Below, piece after piece: positions 11,657 to 24,232 of a DNA stretch of 64,000 nucleotides. The DNA comes from Mobula hypostoma. Taxonomy: Eukaryota. The notes under the pieces are model-generated. The model was given only the letters and a program-made list of their open reading frames with translations. It had not been told where the DNA came from and searched no databases. The stretch is taken from NCBI RefSeq assembly GCF_963921235.1, contig NC_086098.1, positions 1,116,001-1,180,000 on the forward strand. The letters are read 5' to 3'. The translations under genes and the position numbers were made by a program. The first letter of the stretch is position 1, and each line of letters starts with the position of its first letter.

Positions 11657-11805
11657 AGCATCTATAGGAAGAGGCGCAGTCGATGTTTCAGGCCGAGACC
11701 CTTCACAAAGCCATGCTGACTGTCCCTGATCAGACCATGACCATGGCCAGCAACTTTGATGTGTGTTGCTTGAATTTCCAGCATCTGCAGAATTCCTGTT
11801 GTTTG
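11657..11805. mobile_element. Chimeric PLE/CR1 mini-insertion
   Basis: 13-bp TSD CGCTTCTACAATG (11644-11656, 11806-11818) around an inverted PLE piece, 36 bp of CR1 RT and the PLE tail. Confidence 0.85.
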
Positions 11806-12414
11806 CGCTTCTACAATGGTTGCTTTGCTCACACCTCCTTTCTTTTTATTGACCTTATGCTGATTGCAGCTCGTTGAAAGCACTGGAGCACTTTTTAAAC
11901 CTTGGGCTGTGTCACCAATGAACGACCTCTCATGGTGATTGCAGCCTTGCGAAAATAGCAGAAAGTACCAGAGCTCATTTTAAAACCTGCACTGCATTCC
12001 CTCCGAGTGATCTCTTGCACTGATTGCAGTTCACTGAAAAGAGCCAAAAGCACAGCAGCTCTTCTAAAACTTGAGCTGCATCACCGACAAACAACCTCTC
12101 ATGCTGTAACTCTGAATAAAATAAATGAAATAAATAAAACCAAACCTTTTTCCAAAGCAAATAAAAATGTTGCCTTGTAGATCAAAGGCAGAGGGCAGTG
12201 TGTTCCTTCTGAGATCGTGCCTATCTCACTGCTGCAGTGAGGATAATTATTCACTCCTGTCTTTATGCAGAAGAAATAAATGTGCCTCTCTGTCACTGTA
12301 CATCACGATCAGATAGGCAACTAAACTTTAATATTAAATTATCAACACAGCATGTCATAACTAAAATAAAAGGAAAAACTCAACACATTTTATCAAAAAA
12401 TATTACTGATTATT

Positions 12415-12530
12415 ACTGAAGGGTCTTGCCTTGAAACATTGAATAAATAGTGCCAATCTGCTAAGTTCCTCCTTCATTTTGTGTGTGTTGTTCTGGATTT
12501 CCAGCATCTGCAAAACCTCTTGTGTTTCTG
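12415..12530 (+). mobile_element. Old PLE-terminus fragment (degenerate hammerhead)
   Basis: actgaagggtcttgccttgaaacattg...tgtgtgttgttctggatttccagcatctgc. Confidence 0.6.
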
Positions 12531-12639
12531 ATTTCTCCTCCTCCTGGTTCAATAACGTACATATGCAAATTTTGAAGAATTTGAGAAGTAGAAATGGGAG
12601 GAATCTTGGATAAATGTCAGTTCTCAACACCCTGTTTTT

Positions 12640-13870
12640 AAGAGGGAGAGGGTGCAGAAGAGGGTTACCATTATGCTGTCTGTATGGGAGGGCATCTGCT
12701 TTAAAGAGAGGTTAGGCAAACTTCAGTTCTTTTCTCCAGAGTGGCAGAATCTGAGGGGAGACCTGATAATGGTTTAGAACATTATGAGAGTCATAAGTAG
12801 AGTCAGTATCTCTCTCTCAGGGTTGAAATATTAAATACAAGAAGGTATGCCTGTAAGGTGAGAGGGGAGCGAGTTGGAAGGAGATGTGTGGGGCAATTTT
12901 ATGTTTAAACACAGAGTAATGTGTACCTGGAATGCACTGCCAGTCATGGTGGTGGAGGGAAAATATGACAAAGGCATACAAGAGGCTCTTAGATAATCGC
13001 TTGAATGGGCAGTAAAGGTAAGGGTAAGATGAGAATATCACAAGCCAATTGTCATAGAGAGATCCGGGGAGAAAGTGAGTAATTTCAAGTTCCTGGTTGT
13101 CAATATCTCTGAGGACATAACTTGGATGCAACATATTGATGCAGCTGTAAAGAAGGCAAGACAGCAGCTATATTTCATTAAGAGTTTGAGGAGATTTGGT
13201 TTGACAACTAAAACACCTGAAAACTTCTAAAAATGTATTATGGAGAGCATTCTGACTGGCTGCATCACCATCCGGTATTGGGGGTGGGGGGGGGGATGTC
13301 TACTGCACAAGATAGAAATAAGTTACAGAATCTTGTATAATTAGTCAGCCCCATCATGGGCACAAGCCTTCATAGTATCCAAGACATCTTCAAGGAGTGG
13401 TGCTTCAGGAAGGCGGCATCCATCATTAATGATCCCCACCACCCAGGACATGCTGTCTTCACACTGTTACCATTGGGAAAGAGGTACAGAAGCCTGAAGG
13501 AACACACTCAGCGATTCAGGAGCAGCTTCTGACCCTCTGCCATCCGATTTCTAAATGGACATTGAACCCAGGAACACCACCTCACCATTTTTTACTTTCT
13601 GTTATTTTGTAGGACTTATTTTTAACTTAACAATTTAATAGATGTGTATATACTTAGTGTAACTCAGTTCCCCCCCACATTTTTACTTATCATGTACTTC
13701 ATTGTACTTCTGCCATAAAGTTAACAAAGTTCATGACCTATGCCAGTGATATTAAATCTGATTCTGAAATGGAAGGAGGGTGGATATTGTGCATAGAGAA
13801 TGGATTAGTTTAGTTGGGCATTTCATTTAATTTAGTTTGGTATAACATCGTGGGCCAAAAGGCCTGTTCT
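12640..13870 (+). mobile_element. Decayed CR1 3' part with an inserted Rex1 3' fragment (13036-13768)
   Basis: CR1 acacagagt..tggaatgcactgcca; Rex1 FKFLxVNISED, KKARQQLYF and a gatattaaatctgattctga tail. Confidence 0.7.
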
Positions 13871-13904
13871 TCTGAATCAGAATTAGGTTTAATATCACAA
13901 GCAT

Positions 13905-14035
13905 AAAAGAAAATGCAGATACTGGAGATCCAAAGTAACACATACAAAATGCTGGAGGAACGCGGAAGGTCAAGCAGCATCTATGGAAAAGGGTGAACAG
14001 TTAACATCGTAAGTGGAGACCCTTCTTTCAGACCT
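13905..14035 (-). mobile_element. Old PLE-terminus fragment inside a Rex1 tail remnant
   Basis: tgcagatactggaga...caaaatgctggaggaac..gcagcatctatgg...gagacccttc. Confidence 0.6.
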
Positions 14036-14372
14036 CTCTTACATATGTCATGAAATTTATTGTTTTATAGCAGCAGTATATTGTAAAACATAATAAAAAG
14101 ACTATATATTACTATAAGAAATATATGTATTAAAATACATAAGTGGTGCAAAAAGATGATGAGAGGCATTGATCGTGTGGATAGTCAGAGGCTTTTTCCC
14201 AAGGCTGAAATGGCTAGCATGAGAGGGTACAGTTTTAAGGTGCTTGGAAGTAGGTGCAAAGGAAATGTCAGGAGTAAGTGCTTAACTCAGAGAGTGGTGA
14301 GTGCGTGGAATGGGCTGCTGGTGATGGTGGTGGAGGCAGATGCGATAGGTCTTTTAAGGGACTCCTGGATAG

Positions 14373-15835
14373 GTCAAGTCAAGTCAAGTTGAGTCACTTT
14401 TTATTGTCATTTTGACCATAACTGCTGGTATAGTACACAGTAAAAACGAGACAACGTTTTTCAAGACCATGGTGCTACATGAACAATACAAAAACTACAC
14501 TGAACTACGTAAAACAACACAAAACTACACTAGACTACAGACCTACCCAGGACTGTATAAAGTGCACAAAACAGTGCAGGCATTACAATAAATAATAAAC
14601 AAGACAATAGGCACAGTAGAGGGCAGTAGGTTGGTGTCAGTCCAGGCTCCAAGGTATTGAGCAGTCTGATGACTTGGGGGAAGAAACTGTTACATAGTCT
14701 GGTCGTGAGAGCCCGAATACTTCGGTGCCTTTTTCCAGATGGCAGGAGGGAGAAGAGTTTGTATGAGGGGTGCGTGGGGTCCTTCATAATGCTGTTTGCT
14801 TTACGGATGCAGCGTGCAGTGTAAATGGCTCTAATGGCAGGAAGAGAGACCCCGATGATCTTCTCAGCTGACCTCACCATCCGCTGCAGGGTCTTGCGAT
14901 CCGAGATGGTGCAATTTCCAAACCAGGCCGTGATGCAGCTGCTCAGGATGCTCTCAATACAACCTCCATAGAATGTGGTGAGGGTGGGGGCTGGGAGATA
15001 GACTTTTCTCAGCCTTCACAAAAAGTAGAGATGCTGCTGGGGTTTCTTTGTTATGGAGCTGGTGTTGAGGGACCAGGTGAACACCAAGAAAATTGGTGCT
15101 CTTAACGATCTCTACGGAGGAGTCATTGATGTTCAGCAGAGAGTGGTCGTTCAGTGTCCTCCTGAAGTCAACAACCATCTCTTTTGTTTTGTTCACATTC
15201 AGAGACAGGTTGTTGGCTCTGCACCAGTCCGTTAGCCGCAGCACCTCCTCTCTGTATGCTGACTCATCGTTCTTGCTGATGAGACCCACCACAGTCGTGT
15301 CATCGATGAACTTGATGATGTGATTCGAGCTGTATGTTGCTGCACAGTCGTGGGTCAGCAGAGTAAGCAGCAGTGGACTGAGCACACAGCCCTGGGGGGG
15401 CGCCCGTGCTCCGTGTGATGGTGTTGGAGATGCTGCTCCCGATCCGGACTGACTGAGGTCTCACAGTCAGTAGGTCTAGAATCCAGTTGCAGAGGGAGGT
15501 GTTCAGGCCCAGTAGGCTCACCTTTCCAACCAGTTTCTGAGAAATGATTGTGTTGAATGCTGAACTGAAGTCTATGAACAGCATTCGAGCATACGTGTTT
15601 TTTTTGTCCAGGTGGGTTAGGGCCAGGTGGAGGGTGATGGCAATGGCATCGTCTGTTGAACGGTTGGGACAGTACGCGAACTGCAGGGGGTCCAGTGAGG
15701 GGGGCAGCAGAGTCTTGATGTGCCTGATGACGAGCCTCTCGAAACAGTTCATGATGATGGATGTGAGTGTGACAGGACGGTAATTGTTGAGGCAGGACAC
15801 TGAAGACTTGTTTGGCACGGGGACGATGGTGGCGG
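14373..15835 (-). mobile_element. Rex1/Babar-type LINE (second subfamily) inserted in a CR1 3' fragment (14155-14372, 15836-15960)
   Basis: [33 protein letters not shown] and a (CTTGA)n tail at 14373. The CR1 resumes gtacatggagctt at 15836. Confidence 0.88.
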
Positions 15836-16897
15836 TACATGGAGCTTGGAAAAATAGAGGGCTATGGGTAATCCTAGGTAATTTCTAAAGTAAACACGTG
15901 TTCGGCACAGCATTGTGGGCCGAAGGGCCTGTATTGTGCTGCAATTTTTCAATGTTTCTAAGAGAACAAAAAATGAAAAACTAAATCCTTGGTGGTAACA
16001 TTGAGAAGAGGGCATGCCCTGTCTGATCGGCGTCTTAATGACACATGCAGCCTTTTTGAGGCGTCACCTTTTAAAGATGGCCTCTTGCACTGTATTGTGT
16101 CTAAACCTAGAAACAGAATTGAAAAAGCACAACCTTTCAGAGTCCATGCCAGCTCTTTGGAAAGGAGCGCAACTAATCTCACTACCCTGCCTTTTCCCTG
16201 TAGCTCTGCCATTACAATCATCTCGCTATTGATCCACTTCCTGTTGAAAGCTACAATTAAATCAGCTTCCATTACCCTGCAACTTTTAGAAACTATCTTT
16301 ATTCCTGTGTCTTGGAATGGGTCTGAATTAACTGTATCTGGACAGCTCAAATGTCCATTAGACAAAGGAGCAGAATTAAGTCATTTGGCCCTTCAAGTCT
16401 GCTCTGCCATTCCATCATGGTTGATTTGTTATCCCTCTCAATCCTATTCTCCTGGCTTCTCCCCATAACCTTTCACGCCCTGACTAATTAAGAACCTATC
16501 AACCTCAGCCTTAACTACATCAAATGACCTGGCCTGCACAGCTGCTTGGGGCAAAGAATCCCACAGATTCATCACACACTGGCTAAAGAAATTCTTCCTT
16601 ACCTCAGGCCTAATTCTGCTCCTATGTCTTGTGGTTTTTTGGTCTCATGGTATCTATCCTGTCCCTTCTGAATTACCCCCAGAAACTCCAGCCATTGCTG
16701 TTCTGCTGTCATCTCTGATCATATCCTCTTCTAACCAACTTTGGCTAGTTCCTCTTTCATACATCTATATTTCCCTTTACTCTACTGTAATACTGATACA
16801 TCTGACTTTGTATTATCCCTCTCAAACTGCAGGGTGAATTCTATTGTATTATGATTTATATTAGGATTTTCAGAAGGCCTTTGACAAGGTGCCACAC

Positions 16898-19565
16898 ATA
16901 AGACCATAAGATATAGAAGCAGAAGTGGGCCATTCGGCCCATCGAGTCTGCTCTGCCATTCTGTCATGGGCTGATCCAATTCTTCCAGTCATCCTCACTC
17001 CCCTGCCTTCTCCCCATACCCTTTGATGCCCTGACTAATCAACAACCTATCTATCCCTGCCTTAAATGCACCCAATGACTTGGCCTCCACAGCCGCTCAT
17101 GGCAACAAATTCCACAGATTTATCACCCTCTGACTAAAGTAATTTCTCCGCATCTCTGTTCTAAATGCGCATCTTCAATCCTGAAATCGTGTCCTCTTGT
17201 CCTAGACTCCCCTACCACGGGACGTAACTTTACCATATCTAAACAACAGGAATTCTACAGATGCTGGAAATTCAAGCAACCCACATCAAAGTTGCTGGTG
17301 AACGCAGCAGGCCAGGCAGCATCTCTGGGAAGAGGAACAGTCGACATTTCAGACCGAGACCCTTCGTCAGGACTAACTGAAGGAAGAGTTAGTAAGAGAT
17401 TTGAAAGGGGGAGGGGGAGATCCGAAATGATAGGAGAAGACAGGAGGGGGAGGGATGGAGCCAAGAGCTGGACAAGTGATTGGCAAAAGGGATATAAGAG
17501 GATCATGGGACAGGAGGTTCGGGGAGAAAGACAAGGGTGGAGGAACCCAGAGGATGGGCAAGGGTATAGTCAGAGGGACAGAGGGAGAAAAAGGAGAGTG
17601 AGAGAAAGAATGTGTGTATAAAAATAAATAACGGATGGGGTACGAGGGGGAGGTGGTGCATTAACGGAAGTTTGAGAAGTCAATGTTCATGCCATCAGGT
17701 TGGAGGCTACCCAGACGGAATATAAGGTGTTGTTCCTCCAACCTGAGTGTGGCTTCATCTTTACAGCAGAGGAGGCCGTGGATAGACATGTCAGAATGGG
17801 AATGGGATGTGGAATTAAAATGTGTGGCCACTGGGAGATCCTGCTTTCTCTGGCGGACAGAGCGTAGGTGTTCAGCAAAGCGGTCTCCCAGTCTGCGTCG
17901 GGTCTTGCCAATATATAGAAGGTCACATGGGGAGCACCGGACGCAATATATCACTACAGCCGACTCACAGGTGAAGTGTCACCTCACCTGGAAGGACTGT
18001 CTGGGGCCCTGAATGGTGGTAAGGGAGGAAGTGTAAGGGCATGTGTAGCACTTGTTCCGCTTCTTTATTAACTTTGCCTCCAACTTTCACCCTGCCCTCA
18101 AGTTTACCTGGTCCATTTCCGACACCTCCCTCCCTTTTCTAGATCTTTGTCTTTATCTCTGGAGACAGCTTATCCACTGATGTCTACTATAAGCCTACGG
18201 ACTCTCACAGCTATCTGGACTATTCCTCTTCTCACCCTGTCTTCTTGCAAAAATGCCATCCCCTTCTCGCAATTCCTCCGTCTCCACCGCATCTGCTCTC
18301 ACGATAAGGCTTTTCATTCCAGGACGAGGGAGATGTCCTCCTTTTTTAAAGAAAGGGGCTTCCCTTCTTCCACCACCAACTCTGCTCTCAAACGCATCTC
18401 CCCCATTTCACACACATCTGCTCTCACTCCATCCTCCCGCCACCCCACTAGGAATAGGGTTCCCCTGGTCCTCACCTACCACCCCACCAGCCTCCGGGTC
18501 CAACATATTATTCTCCGTAACTTCCGCCACCTCCAATGGGATCCCACCACTAAGCACATCTTTCCCTTCCCCCCCCCTGCTTTCCGCAGGGATCGCTCCC
18601 TACACAACTCCCTTGTCCATTCGTCCCCCCCATCCCTCCCCACTGATCTCCCTCCTGGCACTTATCCGTGTAAGCGGAACAAGTGCTACACATGCCCTTA
18701 CACTTCCTCCCTTACCACCATTCAGAGCCCCAGACAGTCCTTCCAGGTGAGGCAACACTTCACCTGTGAGTCGGCTGGGGTGATATACTGCGTTCGGTGC
18801 TCCTGATGTGGCCTTCTATATACTGGCGAGACCCGATGCAGACTGGGAGACCGCTTTGCTGAATACCTACGCTCTGTCCGCCAGAGAAAGCAGGAACTCC
18901 CAGTGGCCACACATTTTAATTCCACATCCCATTCCCATTCTGACATGTCTATCCACGGCCTCCTCTACTGTAAAGATGAAGCCACACTCAGGTTGGAGGA
19001 ACAACACCTTATATTCTGTCTGGGTAGCCTCCAACCTGATGGCATGAACATTGACTTCTCTAACTTCCGCTAATGCCCCATCTCCCCCTTGTACCCCATC
19101 CGTTATTTATTCTTATACACACATTCTTTCTCTCAGTCTCCTTTTTCTCTCTCTGTCCCTCTGACTATACCCCTTGCCCATCCTCTGGCCCCCACCCCCC
19201 CGTCTTTCTCCCTGGGCCTCCTGTCCCATGATCCTCTCATATCCCCTTTGCCAATCACCTGTCCATCCCTTGGCTCCATCCCTACCCCTCCTGTCTTCTC
19301 CTATCATTTTGGATCTCCCCCTCCCTTTCCACCTCGAAATCTCTCACTAACTCTTCCTTCAGTTAGTCCTGACGAAGGGTCTCGGCCTGAAACGTCAACT
19401 GTACCTCTTCCTAGAGATTCTGCCTGGCCTGCTGCGTTCACCAGCAACTTTGATGTTTACCATATCTAATTTGTTCAGGCCTTTTAACATTCAGAATGTT
19501 TTTATGAGATCCCCCTTCATTCTCCTGAACTCCAGGGAATACAGCCCAAGAGCTGCCAGACGTAC
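16898..19565 (-). mobile_element. CR1 3' fragment split by an inverted PLE
   Basis: cataagaccataaga tail at ~16898. The CR1 continues ttgttcaggcctttt at 19470. Confidence 0.75.
17243..19455. mobile_element. PLE subfamily A, inverted two-arm insertion (minus arm 17243-18063, plus arm 18064-19455)
   Basis: GIY-YIG on both strands (17661..17954 minus, ~18750-19070 plus), hammerheads at 17338-17375 (-) and 19364-19401 (+), and TSD TTTACCATATCTAA at 17229-17242 and 19456-19469. Confidence 0.9.
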
Positions 19566-20114
19566 CAGACATGAGGCTGCTTAGCAAAATAAGAGCCATG
19601 GAATTACAGGAAAGTTACTAGCATGGGTGGAGCATTGGCTGATCGGCAGAAAACAGAGAGTGGGAATAAAGGGATCTATTCTGCCGGTTACCAGTGGAGT
19701 TCCACAGGGGTTTGTATTGAGTTGGCTGTTTCTTACAATGTATGTCAATGATATGGACTATGGTATTAATGGACTTGTGGCTAAATTTGCCAATGATACA
19801 AAGATAATTGGAGGAGCGGGTAGTGTTGAGGAAACAGAGAGCCTGCAGAGAGTCTTAGATAGTTTAGGGGAATGGGCAAAGAAGTAGCAAATGAAATACA
19901 ATGTTGGAAAGTGTATGGTCAAGCACTTTGGTGGAAGAAATAAACGGGTGGACTGTTACTTAGATGGGGAGAGAATTCAAAATGCAGAGATGCAAAGGGA
20001 CTTGGGAGTCCTTGTGCGGGATACCCTAAAGGTTAACCTCCAGGTTAAGTCGGTGGTGAAGAAGGTGAATGCAATGTTGGCATTCATTTCTAGAGGTATA
20101 GAATATAGGAGGGA

Positions 20115-20390
20115 TGTGATGCTGAGGCTGTATAAGGCACTCATGAGACCACGCTTAGATTAGATTAGATTAGATTTTGAGGACACGCAGTCCTCTTTTA
20201 TTGTCATTTAGTAATGCATGCTTTAAGAAATGATACAATGTTCTTCCAGTGTGATGCTGAGGCTGTATAAGGCACTCATGAGACCACGCTTAGATTAGAT
20301 TAGATTAGATTTTGAGGACACGCAGTCCTCTTTTATTGTCATTTAGTAATGCATGCTTTAAGAAATGATACAATGTTCTTCCAGTGTGAT
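20115..20390. repeat. Perfect 135-bp tandem duplication
   Basis: TGTGAT at 20115, 20250 and 20385; the two units read identical. Confidence 0.9.
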
Positions 20391-20980
20391 ATTACAGAAA
20401 CACAAGACAGACCAAGACTGAAAAAACTGCCAAAAACCACATAATTATAACATATAGTTACAACAGTGCAAGCAATACTGTAATTTGACAGAGGAACAGA
20501 CCATGGGCACAGTAAAAAGAAGTCTCAAAGTCTCTCGAAAATCCCAACATCTCACGTAGACGGTAGAAGGAAGAAAACTCTCCCTGCCATGAGCTTCCAG
20601 CGCAGCAAACTTGCCGATGCAGCATCCTGGAAGCACCCAACCACAGTCCGACTCTCAGTCCGTCCGAAAACTTCGAGCCTGGGGCCAGCCGTCCGACACC
20701 GAACACCGAGCACCATCTCTATCAAGCGTTTCAACCCCAACCCCGACCACCAGCAACAGGCAAAGCCAAAGATTTGGGGCCTTCCCCTCTGGAGATTCTT
20801 GATCGCACAGTAGCAGCGGCAGTGAACCGGGCATTTCAGAAGTTTCTCCAGATGTTCCTCCGTGTTTCTCACATCCATCTCCATCAAATCACGATTGTGC
20901 ACGGTCCCTATTTAACAAATACGATATCATTTCATAGGAGAGGCCGCACGTGCTGCATCGCGTCACCATCTTCTCCTTCC
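20155..20980 (-). mobile_element. Non-coding retroposon with (AATCT)n tail (probable non-autonomous LINE derivative)
   Basis: The minus strand starts ggagaagatggtgacgcg and ends aataaaagaggactgcgtgtcctcaaaatctaatctaa. CpG-rich, inserted in the CR1 PHLEYC codons. Confidence 0.6.
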
Positions 20981-21496
20981 AGTATTGTCTGCAGTTTTGG
21001 GCTCCTTATTTTGGAAAGGATGTACTGACATTGGAGAGGGTTCAGTGAAGATTCACGAGAATAATTTCAGGAATGAAAGGGTTACCATATGAGGAACGTC
21101 TGGAAGCTCTAAATCTGGCCTTCATAAATCAATGTATTAATTAATCTACCGAATATTGAAAAGACTAGAAATGGTGGATGTGGAGAGGATATTTCCTATG
21201 GTGGGGGTATCCAGAACTTGAGGACACAGCCTCAAAATTGAGGGACAACCTTTTAGAACAGAGGTAAAGAGGAATTTTTTTAGCCAGAATGTAGTGAATC
21301 TGTGGAGGGCAAGTCTGTGGGTATATTTAAAGCGAAAATTGATAATTTGCTGTTTGGTCAGGATATCAAAGGATATGGCAAGAAGGCAGGTGTTTGGGGT
21401 TGAATGGGATCTGGAATTAGCCATGATGGAATGGTGGAGCAGACTCGATAAACTGACTGGCCTAATTCTTCTCCTACGTCTTACGGTCTCATGATC

Positions 21497-22062
21497 TAAG
21501 ATGGGATGTTATGTTGAAGTTGTATAAGATATTGGTGAGGCTTAATTTGGAGTATTATTTGCAGTTTTGGTCACCTACCAACAGGAAAGATTTAAACACA
21601 GTTGAAAGATTGCAGAGAAAATTTACAAGGGTGTTATAGGGAAAGATTGAATAGGTTAGGGACTGTATTCTTTAGAATGTAGAAGATTGAGAGGAGATTT
21701 GATAGGGTTATACAAAATTATGAGGGGTTTAGATAGGGTAAATGCGCGCAGGCTTTTTCTACTGAGGTTGGGTGCGTCTACAGCCAGAGGTCATGGGTTA
21801 AGGTTGAAAGGTGAGCAGTTTCAGGGGAACATGAGGGGAAACTTCTTCACGCAGTGGGTTGTGAGGCTATGGAATGAGCTGCCAGCACAAGTGGACCTTG
21901 CAAGCTTGATTTCAATGTTAACAGAAGTTTGGATAGGTCCATAGTAAGTAGGGCTATGGAGGGCGATGGTTCCAGTGCTGGTCGACAGGAGTAGCAGTTT
22001 AAGTGATTTTGGCATGGACTAGATGAGCCGATGGGCCTGTTTCTGTGCTGTACTTCTATGAC
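21497..22062 (+). mobile_element. CR1 3' fragment
   Basis: RGDLIGLYKIMRGLDRV...NFFTQWVVRLWNELP and terminus gggcctgtttctgtgctgta. Confidence 0.8.
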
Positions 22063-23399
22063 TAAAAATCTGAAGCCCTGTCCCCTGCAGCAGTTCCCCA
22101 GCAATGTATTTATCTGCCAAATCATCCTATTATTACTCTCACTGGCACGTGGCACAGGTAGCAATCCAGAGATTACTACCCTGGAGGTCCTGCTTTTCAG
22201 CTTTCTACCTATATTCTCTCTTCAGGACCTCCTTCTATTTCCGACCTATGTTGTTGGTACCAGTATATATCAGCAATTCTGGAGTGTGATGGTATTGCTG
22301 AGTCTCTTCCTGGCATGCCTGACTGACAGTATTGAAAACCAAACTACTGATGCGATGAAGGAAGCCCTGAACAGCACCAGAGATGGAGAACCTTCATTGC
22401 TGCCCTGAATGCCAGTGGCTTAATGGGGAGTAACTAACTAACTCCTTCCTGTGGTTGTTCAAGCTCTTGGCTAGCATCCAATATAGTCTTTTTCCCCCTG
22501 ATTATTCCCTGGTTACTTTCTTAAAACTCAGGAATTTTTACCTGTTTAAGGGGTTACTTAAATGAAAAATATGGCCAGGGCAGAAATGGCTGACACCAGA
22601 GAACGTAGTTTTAAGGTGATTTTAGGAAAATGATGTGGCTGGGCATCAGATGTAAGATTTTTTTTTACATGAAAAGCCCTGCCAGGGTAGATGGTGGAGA
22701 CAGACACTTTAGGGGCATTTAATTGGCAATGGATGATTAAAAAAAGGGGGAGTATGAAGAGAGAGGGGTAAGATTGAGCTTAGAGCAGATTAACATTATG
22801 AGCAAAAAATCGTGTAGTGTTCTGCAGTATCCTATGTTCTATGAGAGCCCTTGCATATTGCATATACATATTGCAAATACAATTATACAATGCACATTCC
22901 TCCCTTATCAAGATGATAAAAGGCATAGATCGATTGGACAGCCAGAGACCTTTTCCCAGAGCAGAAATGGCTAATACAGGGGGACAGTTAGGAGGAATGT
23001 ATTGGGGGGGAGAGGGAAGAATGTCAGAGGAAGGCCTTTTTTTTTTACATAGAGAGGTGCCAGGGGTAGTGATAGAGACAGTTGCAATAGAGTCATTAAA
23101 AATAGATGAGTGCATAGAATGGAGGGTTCTGTTCTTAAATATCCATAATGTTTCAACAAATAAACCTTTCACAAAACACTTCTAAAATTCCTTAGCTATT
23201 TGTGAAGGCTGCCTACTATATTTGTATATTACTTACCACTTGGTCGGAAATAAAACCTTATAAAATATTATGCTATTTATCATATCATAGCTTTACAGAT
23301 TTGATTTATTGTGACTTGTGTCCTGCTTAAATAATCCTTGACACTTTGAGCCAAATTAAAATATCACATGGACAACAATTTGAACAAAAAACTATGAAT

Positions 23400-23765
23400 A
23401 ACTCCGCCATAAACAGTCCCAAACTTGGCTGCAAAAGGAAGAGGGTTGGGCATGGGGCTAGCAGACCCCTGTATCATGAAGCCCAGGACTACAGAAAGCC
23501 CAACAGAAACTCCAAAGACCTCATCCCTGAGAGAGGATACACCAGGAGGATGGGCTATACCTGGAGACAATGTGAAAGACTAGCCCAGAACAGAGGACTT
23601 GCTACATCTGCGGACAACCTGAATGACTGGCTACACCTGGAGACACCCTAAAGGACTGGCCCAGGATACAGGACTGGCTACACCTGGAGAGAACATGAAA
23701 GACTGGCCCAAGTCAGAGGACTCTTGGTGAGCTACTGTCGGCGGCCTATGCCTCAGTAGGTGGTA
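23400..23765 (+). mobile_element. RTE-derived element with ~47-bp internal tandem repeats
   Basis: Units ggctacacctggagac..gaaagactggcccag..cagaggact (23553-23722) encode WxxxERLAQxRGL and are followed by VGGLC, as at RTE ORF C-termini. Confidence 0.55.
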
Positions 23766-23967
23766 CTATCATATCATGGTTGAATAAATTATCAATAAAA
23801 ATAGCATTTGTAGATCAATTTATAGATGTTATAATTAATATTAACATAATTATATATCATAGTGATAAAGTGTGTTTCTTAGCCAGTATTGTGCTTTATT
23901 ATTTCTGGTTATTATATTCTATAGTCGCTGAGTTCTTTAGCATTGGTAAAATATCTTACATATCACC

Positions 23968-24232
23968 AAGGTAGTGTAGCAGTTAGTGCGACACTATTGC
24001 AGTTTGGGGCTTCAGAGTTCAATTCAGGCGTCCCCTATTTGTACGTTTTTTCCGTGTGCACTGGGTGCTCTGATTTCCTCCCATAGTCCAAAGACGTACT
24101 GGTTGGTGGGTTAATTGATCATTGTAAATTGTCCTGTGATTGGGAAAAGGTTAAATCAGTGGGTTGTTGGGCAGGACAGCATGGTGGGCCGGAAGGACCT
24201 GTTCCACACTGTATCTCTAAATAATAAATAAA
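23968..24232 (+). mobile_element. V-domain-like SINE
   Basis: ggtagtgtagcagttag head, tgctctgatttcctcccatagtccaaagacgt core, ctgtatctctaaataataaataaa tail. Homologous to 461-731. Confidence 0.7.

Larger units (their letters stand above)
19566..21495 (+). mobile_element. CR1 RT to 3' end, interrupted
   Basis: WLIGRKQRVGI..SGVPQG..KFANDTK, YNVGKC..LYKALMRP; resumes agtattgt at ~20981. Confidence 0.8.

Noticed and set aside
23553..23722. Regularly spaced repeats resembling a CRISPR array
   Set aside because: The units are contiguous diverged tandem repeats without unique spacers, the context is eukaryotic, and there are no cas genes.
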